A stretch of 64,000 bases of DNA from Candidatus Bathyarchaeota archaeon. GTDB taxonomy: Archaea; Thermoproteota; Bathyarchaeia; Bathyarchaeales; SOJC01. Each line of letters opens with the position of its first letter. Position 1 is the first letter of the stretch. Location of the stretch: the NCBI GenBank assembly GCA_020341775.1, contig CP070835.1, positions 1,692,089-1,756,088 of the forward strand. The letters are read 5' to 3'. Shown here in pieces: positions 55,886 through 64,000 of this stretch. A program made the translations under genes and the position numbers. The notes beneath the pieces were generated by a model. That model was given only the letters and a program-made list of their open reading frames with translations, did no database searches and was not told the DNA's origin.

Positions 55886-55918
55886 TATAGAAGAATTCTA
55901 TAGAAGAATCTATATTCC
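55886..55918. repeat. tandem TATAGAAGAAT(T)C units upstream of smc
   Basis: TATAGAAGAATTC TATAGAAGAATC TATATTCC, ending 33 nt before the smc ATG. Confidence 0.5.
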
Positions 55919-55951
55919 ACATCGGTCGACTCCTGGAGCGCCTCTTAAAAG

Positions 55952-58900
55952 ATGCCCCATGTCAAGAAAATCGAATTAAAAGGCTTCAAATCGTTCGGAC
56001 CCAAAAAAGTGTCTGTAACAATGGACAGGGGCTTCACCGTCGTCACAGGACCTAATGGAAGCGGAAAGACCAACATCGTAGATGCCATACTTTTCGTCTT
56101 AGGCGAACTAAGTGCACGGCGAATGCGGGCCGAAAATCTGGCCAAACTGATTTTCCACGGCTCACCAGACTCTGGAGTCTCTAAAGCACAATCTGCAAAA
56201 GTTCTGCTTCAATTCGACAACAAAGACGGCCGAATTCCCGTTGACACCAATACTGTGACTATATCCCGAGAGGTTTCCAGAAGCGGACAATGTGTTTATC
56301 GCCTTAACGGTCGAAGGATATCACGGACAAACCTCCACGACATCTTTTCTATGGCTGGAATTGCCTCAACCAGCCACAACATAATATTGCAGGGCACAAT
56401 CACTCGCATGACAGACATTTCATCAACTGACCGCCGCAAGATTATTGAAGACATGGTCGGCATCGCCCAATATAATTCTGAGCAAGCAGAAGCGGAAGAG
56501 AAGCTCCGAGCTGCGGAAATCGCAATTCGCACCGCCATGGGAAGAATTGACGAAGTACAAAAACGGGTTGACGACTTGGAGAGAGAAAGAAACCAGTTAC
56601 TTCGATACAACTTCATTCAGACTGAAATAAAACGCTTCGAAGCTATGAGAATCTCTAACCAAGTGGCCGTCACCGGAAAGAAAGTGGCAGAGGTCTCTTC
56701 AAAACTCGAAGAAGCCCGAAGCAATGCTGAGCATCTCCGACAAGTGCGCGACAACATGCGCGAACACCGTCATTCTATTGAAAGTGAATGGCGACGGCTC
56801 AGCTCGGACTTTGTAGAGGAAGGAGGATCACGGGTCCTCGAAGTTCAAATAAAAATCGGAGATTTGAAGTCGAGACTAACTGAACTCTCAACAAAGATTG
56901 GGGCAAGCACAACCACCCTTGAAGGATTAAACAAGGTAAAAGAAAACAATGCCCAGCAACGAGACTCGATGCGGCAGCAAATCGACGAAAACCGAAAGCA
57001 GAGACGACGACTAAAGACAAAAAAAGAGCGGCTGTTGAAAGAAATTCAAGAGAAACAAGCTGAACACAACGTTCTTGCAGATGAAACCACGCAATTATGG
57101 GAAAACATCGGAAAGAACAGTAAAGAAATTCGAGACACTGAACGACAACTCGACAGGCTTTACCAAGAACTCACTGACCTGAAAACCGACCACGCCCGAA
57201 AGCAGACATCAAAAAAAGTCTTCCTTCGTAGATTGAAGGACCTTGAAACGCGAAAAAATCGTTTTACTTCCACTCTAAAAGACCTTGAAACATCTTTTGC
57301 TGACCTAAAGGACGTTCAGAAGGAGCAGCGGACACAGCTGAACAACCTTCAAAAGGCTCTGGAGCGTAGGCACCTCCAAAAAGAATCTGTCGAAAGAGAA
57401 ATTGATGAGGCGGGAAGAATCGCTAACACCGCTCGGGAGGCAGTTGTCGAATTTGCTACTCAACGCGAGCTCGCTGAAACGGTTGCTGCTGAAGAAAACG
57501 CATTGAGAAACATAGAAGAACTAAGTGAGCTTGGAGTAATCCATGGAGTTTATGGTCGGCTCAAAAATCTAATACGAATTGACGCCCACCACCGGCAAGC
57601 CCTGGAAGCAGCCGCCGCTGACTGGCTCGACGCGTTGGTCGTGCAGGATTTCGAGGTGGCGTTTACGTGTGCAGAGACACTGAAACGTCTACGACTTGGC
57701 CGAATCAAAATCATCCCAGTTAAAGGACTCGCAAAAGAAGCCGTGAATCCACCAGAAATCCGAAATGTGAAAGGGTTGGCCACAGCCTTTGTCAAATGTT
57801 CAAAGGAACATGAACCCGCAGTCGACTTTGTTTTCGGCGACACACTCGTAGCCAGCAACGACAAAGTGGCTCTGACCGCTTGCCGAAAAGGCTACAGAAG
57901 CGTGACATTAAACGGAGATGTCTACGAGGCCGGAGGAGGTTTAGAGAGCGGCCTGTTTCGTGCTCCACTTGACTTCTCAACGATAATCCCCAGCGAAAAC
58001 GCTATCAAAAGCTTAGATGAAGCTGTAAGAGCCTTACAAGAACACTTGGCAAAAAGAGGGAAAGAGGTTTCTTTCTTCCAAGAAGAAATGGAGTTAACAA
58101 GAACTGAAATAACGCGGCTATCTGAAGCCATTGCTACACTCGACAGTGAGGTAGCTAGAGTCAAAAGAAGCATCAAGATCACCCGACGGAACCTCCGACG
58201 AATCGATTCGCACATTCAAAGCACAAAGACGAAGCTCGAAAACGAAATCACTGAAATCGGCCTTCAAAAAGCTCAACGGCACTCAATTCGAAAGGAAATG
58301 CAAACCCATCGGGGTGCATTAGCTGAGTTGCGGAGAAAAGCTGATCCAACTCACATTCAGGAGTTAGAGATTCAACGAGACAAACTTGCTGAGAACATAA
58401 TTGTGCTCAGGCAGAATTTTGGCACCGTTAAGATGGAACACTCAACTTTGCAGTCGACCCACAACAACGTTCTGAAGCTAGGCTACGAAAATGTCAGCAT
58501 CCAACTTAGAAAAATAATTAAGCAACTTGCCGTTGTCGAGAAAGAAGTAAACGAAGCGCTGCAAGAAAAAGAGCTGTTGAAAGTAGAACTCATAAAACTC
58601 GAAAAGTCCCGAGAAGAACTCTCTCGCACTGTGCTGAGTGCCCGGGAAGAAGCTAAAAAGTTCACCGTTCAGATTGACGACATCGACAAAGAACTGAAGA
58701 AGATTGATCCCGAATACGAACTCGCAGAACGGCTTCACAACCAACTACAACTATCGCTTCAAACGTCAAACCTAGAACTCGACAATTTTCGACGACAACT
58801 TAAAGAATTCGGCTATGACCACGCGATACTCATAACACCCGAACAGCTTAAAGAAGCAGAGGCGTCCTTGAAAATGATGAAATTCGAACTGGAACGCCTT

Positions 58901-59509
58901 GGAGCAGTCAATCAGCTTGCCCTCTCCCACTATGCCGAGCAAATATCACGCTATAAAGAACTGTCGATGCGCATGAACGAGCTGGAACGTGAAAAACACT
59001 CCATAGTAAACTTCATGGACGAGATCGAAAGCAAGAAACGCACAGTCTTCATGGGCGCCTTCGAAAAAATAAACAGGAACTTAGAAAAGTACTTCTCGAA
59101 AGTCACAGGCGGCGGCAAGGGGGAACTAAGGCTGGAGAACCTGGAAGAACCCTTTTCTGGAGGTGTGGACATGATCGTTCAGTTTCCCAACAAACCACCT
59201 ATTCTAGTCAGTGGCGCCAGCGGCGGAGAACGGTCAGTTGCTGCCGTAGCGTTCTTGTTCGCTATACAAGAGTTCACGCCAGCCGCTTTCTACATACTCG
59301 ACGAAGTAGACGCTCATCTAGATGCTTTCCACGTCGCCAAACTCGGAGAGCTCTTGGTAGAAGAAGCCGAAAAATCTCAATTCATCGTGGTCACGCTGAA
59401 GCCTGAAATGGTCAACAAGGCGCAAAAAGTCTACGGAGTATACATGCGCGACGGAAATTCCAACGTGATTTCAGTCACATTCCCGGAGGCTAAAGCCAGT
59501 GAATCATAG
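55952..59509 (+). CDS. smc: SMC chromosome segregation ATPase
   Basis: N-terminal FKSFG...GPNGSGKTNI, about 900 aa of coiled coil with a central hinge (GVYGRL...), C-terminal signature LVSGASGGERS and Walker B FYILDEVDAHLD. Confidence 0.95.
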   Translation: MPHVKKIELKGFKSFGPKKVSVTMDRGFTVVTGPNGSGKTNIVDAILFVLGELSARRMRAENLAKLIFHGSPDSGVSKAQSAKVLLQFDNKDGRIPVDTNTVTISREVSRSGQCVYRLNGRRISRTNLHDIFSMAGIASTSHNIILQGTITRMTDISSTDRRKIIEDMVGIAQYNSEQAEAEEKLRAAEIAIRTAMGRIDEVQKRVDDLERERNQLLRYNFIQTEIKRFEAMRISNQVAVTGKKVAEVSSKLEEARSNAEHLRQVRDNMREHRHSIESEWRRLSSDFVEEGGSRVLEVQIKIGDLKSRLTELSTKIGASTTTLEGLNKVKENNAQQRDSMRQQIDENRKQRRRLKTKKERLLKEIQEKQAEHNVLADETTQLWENIGKNSKEIRDTERQLDRLYQELTDLKTDHARKQTSKKVFLRRLKDLETRKNRFTSTLKDLETSFADLKDVQKEQRTQLNNLQKALERRHLQKESVEREIDEAGRIANTAREAVVEFATQRELAETVAAEENALRNIEELSELGVIHGVYGRLKNLIRIDAHHRQALEAAAADWLDALVVQDFEVAFTCAETLKRLRLGRIKIIPVKGLAKEAVNPPEIRNVKGLATAFVKCSKEHEPAVDFVFGDTLVASNDKVALTACRKGYRSVTLNGDVYEAGGGLESGLFRAPLDFSTIIPSENAIKSLDEAVRALQEHLAKRGKEVSFFQEEMELTRTEITRLSEAIATLDSEVARVKRSIKITRRNLRRIDSHIQSTKTKLENEITEIGLQKAQRHSIRKEMQTHRGALAELRRKADPTHIQELEIQRDKLAENIIVLRQNFGTVKMEHSTLQSTHNNVLKLGYENVSIQLRKIIKQLAVVEKEVNEALQEKELLKVELIKLEKSREELSRTVLSAREEAKKFTVQIDDIDKELKKIDPEYELAERLHNQLQLSLQTSNLELDNFRRQLKEFGYDHAILITPEQLKEAEASLKMMKFELERLGAVNQLALSHYAEQISRYKELSMRMNELEREKHSIVNFMDEIESKKRTVFMGAFEKINRNLEKYFSKVTGGGKGELRLENLEEPFSGGVDMIVQFPNKPPILVSGASGGERSVAAVAFLFAIQEFTPAAFYILDEVDAHLDAFHVAKLGELLVEEAEKSQFIVVTLKPEMVNKAQKVYGVYMRDGNSNVISVTFPEAKASES

Positions 59510-60191
59510 AAAACCATTCTATCTCCAACCGCCATGGAACATCCTATTCGAGATTCACAAACTCGAGAAGGTGAAACCGTGGAACGTCAACATTGCCTTT
59601 CTCCTAGCGTCTTTTACAGAGGAAATGCAGAAACGAGGCGAAGTTGACTTCCGCGCATCCGGTGTCGCGTTAGACTCATCCGCTTTCATCTACTTGATGA
59701 AGTCAAAACTGCTCTTAAAACTTGAAGAGCCGCCTGCTCCCCCCAAACTTCCAGCCGACTTTGTTCCCCCACCGATTTTTCTGCCATTAAGGTATGAGTT
59801 GACCTCCACCACAATCGAACAACTGCTTGAAGCTCTCGATTCTGTTCTAAAAGGTGAAAAACTGCTGCCAACAAAGCCTCGCTTAGAACACATTCTACCG
59901 CCACCTGCAGATATAATCCCTGAAATCGACCGGTACTTAGCGGAAATCGACGATTTGATGGATAAACTCTATGACAAAATGCTCCATCTTGCCCAGGGAA
60001 AACCCTTTTTGAGCTTTGCTAGGCTTGTCTCGAGTGAAGACAAGCTTGAAGCAGTCCGCACCTTTATTCTACTCCTATTCCTAGCTCAAAAGCAGAGAAT
60101 CTGGCTATGGCAAGACGAAGAGTTTGGTGAAATCTATATTTCTGTAGGAGGAAATGCCTATATTAAAGAATCCGAAGGAAGTGCCGCCTGA
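59499..60191 (+). CDS. scpA: segregation and condensation protein A (kleisin)
   Basis: GTG start overlapping the smc stop by 11 nt. Size and the PWNVNIAFLLASF / RTFILLLFLAQKQRIWLWQDEEFGEIYI blocks fit ScpA. Confidence 0.8.
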   Translation: MNHRKPFYLQPPWNILFEIHKLEKVKPWNVNIAFLLASFTEEMQKRGEVDFRASGVALDSSAFIYLMKSKLLLKLEEPPAPPKLPADFVPPPIFLPLRYELTSTTIEQLLEALDSVLKGEKLLPTKPRLEHILPPPADIIPEIDRYLAEIDDLMDKLYDKMLHLAQGKPFLSFARLVSSEDKLEAVRTFILLLFLAQKQRIWLWQDEEFGEIYISVGGNAYIKESEGSAA

Positions 60192-60753
60192 CAGCGCATC
60201 CCCCGAAATGAAAAAGCAGGCACGCAGCCTCGCCTTGATAGAAGCCGCACTATACGTCGCTGGACGGCCATTAGACCTGAAAACCTTAGCCTCCGTAATC
60301 AAAACCCGCTCAAAAACAGTGGTTCAACAACTTGCCCGCACCCTAAAACTCGAGTACGGTAGTCGAAAGACGAGCTTGGAAATACTTGAACTCGAAGACG
60401 AACGATTTGTAATGCAGCTGAAAGCAAAATACTCTCCAAGCGTGCAACGATTAGCCCTGCGTCCCCTCTTGACAAGGGGTCCGCTGAAGACGCTTTCCTA
60501 CGTGGCTTATCGACAGCCAGTCTCCCAGAAACAAGTGGTCACCGTGCGGGGCACTCACGTGTACACTCACTTGAAACAACTAGAAGACCTGGGGCTGATT
60601 ACACGGGAACGGGTAGGCCGCACAAAAGCCATTCGAACAACGCCGTTTTTCGCTGACTACTTCGGTTTAAGCCACGAATTGCGGGCCATGAAACGCAAAC
60701 TCAAAAAAGTTTTCGATTTCGTCGAACCTCCGCCTACACGAAAAAGCCAATGA
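60154..60753 (+). CDS. scpB: segregation and condensation protein B
   Basis: LALIEAALYVAGRPLDLKTLASVI and a second winged helix (LKTLSYVAYRQPVSQKQV). Overlaps scpA by 38 nt. Confidence 0.85.
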   Translation: MPILKNPKEVPPDSASPEMKKQARSLALIEAALYVAGRPLDLKTLASVIKTRSKTVVQQLARTLKLEYGSRKTSLEILELEDERFVMQLKAKYSPSVQRLALRPLLTRGPLKTLSYVAYRQPVSQKQVVTVRGTHVYTHLKQLEDLGLITRERVGRTKAIRTTPFFADYFGLSHELRAMKRKLKKVFDFVEPPPTRKSQ

Positions 60754-60769
60754 ACAGCACTAGACTTAT

Positions 60770-61213
60770 ATGTTGAATTTTGTTAGTCTCATAAAGCCTC
60801 AAGGAGACAAGAGCTTGTCTGTTTGGCATGGTGATTCACACAAAAGAAAGCCTTCCGGTGGTCGCAAACGAGCCTACCGCAAAAAACGACGTTTCGAGAG
60901 AGGATCATATACGACAGAAACCATGCTGGGAGAAAGAAAATCGAAAACAATTCGCCGACGAGGAAGTAACTTGAAGACGCGAGCTTTGAGGGAAAAGCAA
61001 GCGAGTGTTTCCAACCCCTCAACAGGAAAGACAGAGAAGGTGGAAATCCTACGGGTCGTTAGAAACCCAGCAAACGTGGACTATGATAGACGGGGGGTTA
61101 TCACCAAGGGAACAATCGTTGAAACAAAGCTCGGACTTGCCCGCGTCACTTCACGCCCAGGGCAGCAAGGGCTGATAAACGCAATTCTGATGCCCAAGGA
61201 AAAAAAAGGGTAA
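60770..61213 (+). CDS. rps8e: 30S ribosomal protein S8e
   Basis: WHGDSHKRKPSGGRKRAYRKKRRFERG is the S8e N-terminal signature. Probable start is TTG 60815, with AAGGAGA 8 nt upstream. Confidence 0.9.
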   Translation: MLNFVSLIKPQGDKSLSVWHGDSHKRKPSGGRKRAYRKKRRFERGSYTTETMLGERKSKTIRRRGSNLKTRALREKQASVSNPSTGKTEKVEILRVVRNPANVDYDRRGVITKGTIVETKLGLARVTSRPGQQGLINAILMPKEKKG

Positions 61214-61220
61214 AAAGACC

Positions 61221-61517
61221 TCACTTTTCTGTTTTCTGTCGACTAGCCATAATCTCCTTTGCGATTTCTAGCAAAACTTTGCCGTTCATGTCTTCCTTCT
61301 GAATCCAAACTCGCCCAGTCTTTCTCCACGGCATCGCCGGATGAGCCCCAACAGCTTCTACTTCAGGCATGAGATCCAGCCGTTCTACAGCTCTCCGTAT
61401 TTCATCAAGGCTCGGATTAGGTATTGCAGCGTTCTTCGGAACCTTTCTCCCTTCTTTCCTAGTCCTAGAAGCATCGAAATAGACTGGCCAAAGCATCTTC
61501 TTCTTTTGCTTCCTCAC
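61221..61517 (-). CDS. srp19: signal recognition particle protein SRP19
   Basis: LWPVYFDASRTRKEGRKVPKNAAIPNPSLDEIRRAVERLDL. Confidence 0.9.
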   Translation of the reverse strand: MRKQKKKMLWPVYFDASRTRKEGRKVPKNAAIPNPSLDEIRRAVERLDLMPEVEAVGAHPAMPWRKTGRVWIQKEDMNGKVLLEIAKEIMASRQKTEK

Positions 61518-61570
61518 TTGGCTCCCTCTTAAGATCTCAACATTTATTTTGTCCTTTTATATTTCTATTT

Positions 61571-61635
61571 GTTGCCGGATGATGAAAAGGTATTTGCTTG
61601 AGTTGATGATATTTCAGAGTTACACGGACGGCAAC
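61571..61635 (+). ncRNA. candidate C/D-box sRNA with non-canonical D boxes
   Basis: Terminal stem GTTGCCG (61571-77) / CGGCAAC (61629-35). C box ATGATGA (61579-85), 12 nt, TTGA (expected CTGA), GT, C' box TGATGA (61604-09), 15 nt, CGGA (expected CTGA). Confidence 0.3.
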
Positions 61636-61802
61636 CCACTAAAAATGTGTAGCTAATCCGTTAGAAGGCATTTTTACTCTTTTTTGGATGTTTTATCCCT
61701 TTTCCGGGGAGATTTTTCATCTTTTAAATTTTTCGGTTGCACAATGTTTAAATATTGCGGAGGTTTTGAATTGCTGTCCTTTTGTGAGGGGAATCAGAAA
61801 GG

Positions 61803-62072
61803 TTGAAGCGTTTAGGCTATGTGCTTCATGTAAGCTCAAGTCGGAATCTAATTCTGAAGGCGGAGGCGAAGGCCCTGCCAAAAGCCAACAGCAAAGTTGT
61901 CGACGAAAATCTGAAAGTCATCGGCACAGCTCTAGACGTTTTTGGCCCTGTATCATCACCGTACGTTGCAGTAAAGCCTGTCGTATCCAATCCTCAACAC
62001 TACGTTGGAAATATGCTTTACACTTTTCCCTCTCAAGAAAGGAGGAAGGAGAAGAAAAAGTATGGAAGATAG
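61803..62072 (+). CDS. gar1: H/ACA ribonucleoprotein component Gar1
   Basis: [21 protein letters not shown]...[31 protein letters not shown]. Confidence 0.88.
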   Translation: MKRLGYVLHVSSSRNLILKAEAKALPKANSKVVDENLKVIGTALDVFGPVSSPYVAVKPVVSNPQHYVGNMLYTFPSQERRKEKKKYGR

Positions 62073-63012
62073 AGGAACCTCAACCGCAGCTTCTGCAGAA
62101 CCTGTGAAAGTTCAAAAATGCCCCGAATGCGGAAGCGACCGCCTTATACGTGACTATGAAACGGCTGAGATTGTCTGTATGGAATGTGGCATAGTCATCG
62201 CCGCGAAGCTTCAAGACAGAGGACCCGAGTGGAGAGCATTTGATCAAGAGCAACGAGCCAAGAGAACTCGAGTGGGTGCACCGACAACTTTCACAATTCA
62301 TGACAAAGGCCTATCCACCATGATTGACTGGCATGACCGAGACGTCTACGGCAAACGCCTATCACCTGGCCAAAAGGCACAAGTCTATCGTCTAAGAAAA
62401 TGGCAACGACGCATCCGCGTGTCAGACGCGACGGAGCGCAACCTTGCTTTTGCGCTATCGGAAATTAGCAAGATTGCCAACGCCCTAAGTTTGCCAAAAA
62501 ACATCCTTGAAACGGCCTCTGTTATCTATCGCAAAGCTGTCAAGGAGCGCTTAATTCGCGGCCGGTCTATTCAAGGTGTAACCGCAGCGGCAATATACGT
62601 TGCATGTCGACAATGTGGCCTCCCCCGAACCTTGGAAGAAATTGCGCAATCCTCAAATATAAATAAAAAGGAAGTTGGACGCAGCTATCGCTTTTTGATA
62701 AGGGAACTTGACTACTTCGTTCCACCGCTCAAGCCAAGCCAATATATCACCAAGTTCTCAAACCAGCTGACGATGCAGGGCAAGGTGGAAGAGATAGCCC
62801 ACAAAATCTTAGCAACCGCAAAGAAGTTGAGGTTGACTTCTGGAAGAGGACCCACAGGCATCGCCGCTGCCGCCAGCTACATTGCGTCCGTCTTAACAGG
62901 AGAAAGGAAAACCCAGCGAGAAATCGCTGAGATCGCGCAAGTTACAGAAGTTACCATAAGAAATCGCTACAAAGAACTCGTAGAACGTCTTTCATTCGTG
63001 ATGAGCATCTAA
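62062..63012 (+). CDS. tfb: transcription initiation factor IIB (TFB)
   Basis: Zinc ribbon [25 protein letters not shown]-linker, and two cyclin repeats ([18 protein letters not shown]..., [15 protein letters not shown]). ATG 62062 overlaps the gar1 end by 11 nt. The ORF-track start at 62005 is rejected. Confidence 0.95.
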   Translation: MEDRGTSTAASAEPVKVQKCPECGSDRLIRDYETAEIVCMECGIVIAAKLQDRGPEWRAFDQEQRAKRTRVGAPTTFTIHDKGLSTMIDWHDRDVYGKRLSPGQKAQVYRLRKWQRRIRVSDATERNLAFALSEISKIANALSLPKNILETASVIYRKAVKERLIRGRSIQGVTAAAIYVACRQCGLPRTLEEIAQSSNINKKEVGRSYRFLIRELDYFVPPLKPSQYITKFSNQLTMQGKVEEIAHKILATAKKLRLTSGRGPTGIAAAASYIASVLTGERKTQREIAEIAQVTEVTIRNRYKELVERLSFVMSI

Positions 63013-63089
63013 CCCAGCTTTCTCCTTTTTCTTCGTTGTTGCGACCTTCATGGTAAAAAGACATTTTAGCATCGACTGCCCACTTAGAC

Positions 63090-63524
63090 TTGAGCGGTGA
63101 ATCTTTGCCAGAGTGCCCAGAATGCAACACTGCAGTGGAATCTCCTTTTAAAACGTGGTCTGTCTCAAGGAAAACCGCGGACGGCGAAACCGAAACAATT
63201 TTCGGGATGTTTGAATGCTCAGAATGTGGAAACCGATTCCGGGCCGGTGCGAAGAACACCGAGGTCAAGAAGGAGTTAAGTATAAGAGGCGTGGCTGAGA
63301 AGATTAAAACCATCGAGGGAGAATTCATGAACACACTAAAAAACTTGAGGGAAAAACTCAAAACCTTAGGAACCGAACGAGCAAACCTCTTGTTGGAAAT
63401 TGACGGACTCAAAAAAATGGCCGAGGCCAAAGCTGACGCTTTGGAGAGCGAAGTTGGCATGTTGAGGGAAGAAGTCAAATCCCTGAAGCAACTGCTCGGC
63501 GTCGGAGAGATGGAACCAGAATAA
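63090..63524 (+). CDS. zinc-ribbon plus coiled-coil protein
   Basis: CPECN...CSECG ribbon followed by an ~80 aa heptad-rich helix. TTG start. Confidence 0.6.
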   Translation: MSGESLPECPECNTAVESPFKTWSVSRKTADGETETIFGMFECSECGNRFRAGAKNTEVKKELSIRGVAEKIKTIEGEFMNTLKNLREKLKTLGTERANLLLEIDGLKKMAEAKADALESEVGMLREEVKSLKQLLGVGEMEPE

Positions 63525-63638
63525 CCCGTAAAAGATGTGCACCATCGCATTTCAGAAAGGCTGCACACTCGGATTTTTGAACTGACCTTTTCTAGGCGTC
63601 ACCGGGCGCGTAAATGGTTAATAAATTTACGATAGCAT

Positions 63639-63938
63639 ATGTTTCTACTTGAGAGTAGAGAAATGAGTGCAGGTTATGAACGAGAAAGGAAGAAATCCTT
63701 CCAGAAAACAAGGCGGTCCAAGCAAATCTACAAGGAAAGTGCTGAGGTAACGCCGTTCGGCGTTCACAGCAACTATCGATCGATGGAGCCTTATCCATGC
63801 ACCAACTCCGACCGAGTATTTGGCTATTTCCATAAATCCCGGTTTCAATGCCCAGATATTGAAGATAGAGAACAAGTCCGACTGTTAGCTGATTTTTATA
63901 TATGCCTCCGTGCCTGGGAGCTAAGAGAAGGTGAGTAG
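63639..63938 (+). CDS. doubtful basic hypothetical protein
   Basis: The ORF has plausible composition (likely start ATG 63663, MSAGYERERKK...) but no motif. The region is also hairpin-rich. Confidence 0.3.
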   Translation: MFLLESREMSAGYERERKKSFQKTRRSKQIYKESAEVTPFGVHSNYRSMEPYPCTNSDRVFGYFHKSRFQCPDIEDREQVRLLADFYICLRAWELREGE

Positions 63939-64000
63939 TTTCTGAGGAGGGAAACAATTCCTTTGCGTACCAGCAAAGGGCCTCTTATTTCATAAGGTGG

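Noticed and set aside
61688-62107. 139-aa plus-strand ORF
   Set aside because: It overlaps Gar1 in a different frame, and Gar1 has a clear family signature. The composition is Cys/Ser-rich and not protein-like.
63730-63790. AGGAAAGTGC...GTAACGCC...ACAGCAAC resembling RNase P RNA conserved regions
   Set aside because: Only a partial match to the CR-I consensus GAGGAAAGUCC. There is no CR-V (ACAGAA..CGGCUUA) and no complementary strand to form P4.
1-64000. Looked for CRISPR arrays, rRNA genes, transposases, integrases and long terminal inverted repeats
   Set aside because: No regularly spaced direct repeats, no rRNA-like conserved blocks and no DDE/tyrosine-recombinase-like ORFs were seen. 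The only notable repeats are the pilin duplication, the in-frame stalk repeats and the tRNA-end copy.

Overview
Archaeal chromosomal segment, densely coded on both strands, with many GTG/TTG starts and 4-40 nt gene overlaps. Archaeal hallmarks: TFB, Alba, membrane LonB, TiaS, ribosomal protein S8e, SRP19, Gar1, an overlapping smc-scpA-scpB operon and a Y-family polymerase. There are three tRNA genes, and none folds into a cloverleaf unless a short insert at a non-canonical position is removed. Accessory content: (1) 9.4-17.6 kb, an archaeal type IV pilus operon with secretion ATPase, polytopic platform protein and seven pilin-like genes, two of them near-identical tandem copies. (2) 35.4-45.4 kb, a minus-strand corrinoid methyl-transfer island: an MttB-superfamily methyltransferase with no in-frame TAG, three UroD/MtaA paralogues, two corrinoid proteins, a RACo/RamA-type activase and an MtrH homologue. 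This is the most interesting system in the window. (3) A CbbQ/NorQ AAA+ plus VWA pair with no recognisable client enzyme. (4) An ArsR-like/Hsp20/TraB operon with a double palindrome at its 5' end. (5) A copy of the tRNA-Lys 3' end lies 3.6 kb downstream of the tRNA, bracketing an MFS transporter and a processive GT2 glycosyltransferase. (6) A PD-(D/E)xK-like gene overlaps the start of dinB. I saw no rRNA, CRISPR array, transposase or integrase. The methyltransferase/MtrH content and interrupted tRNAs fit Bathyarchaeia or a related TACK lineage, but that is inference only. All calls rest on motif recognition by eye; no search or folding was run.
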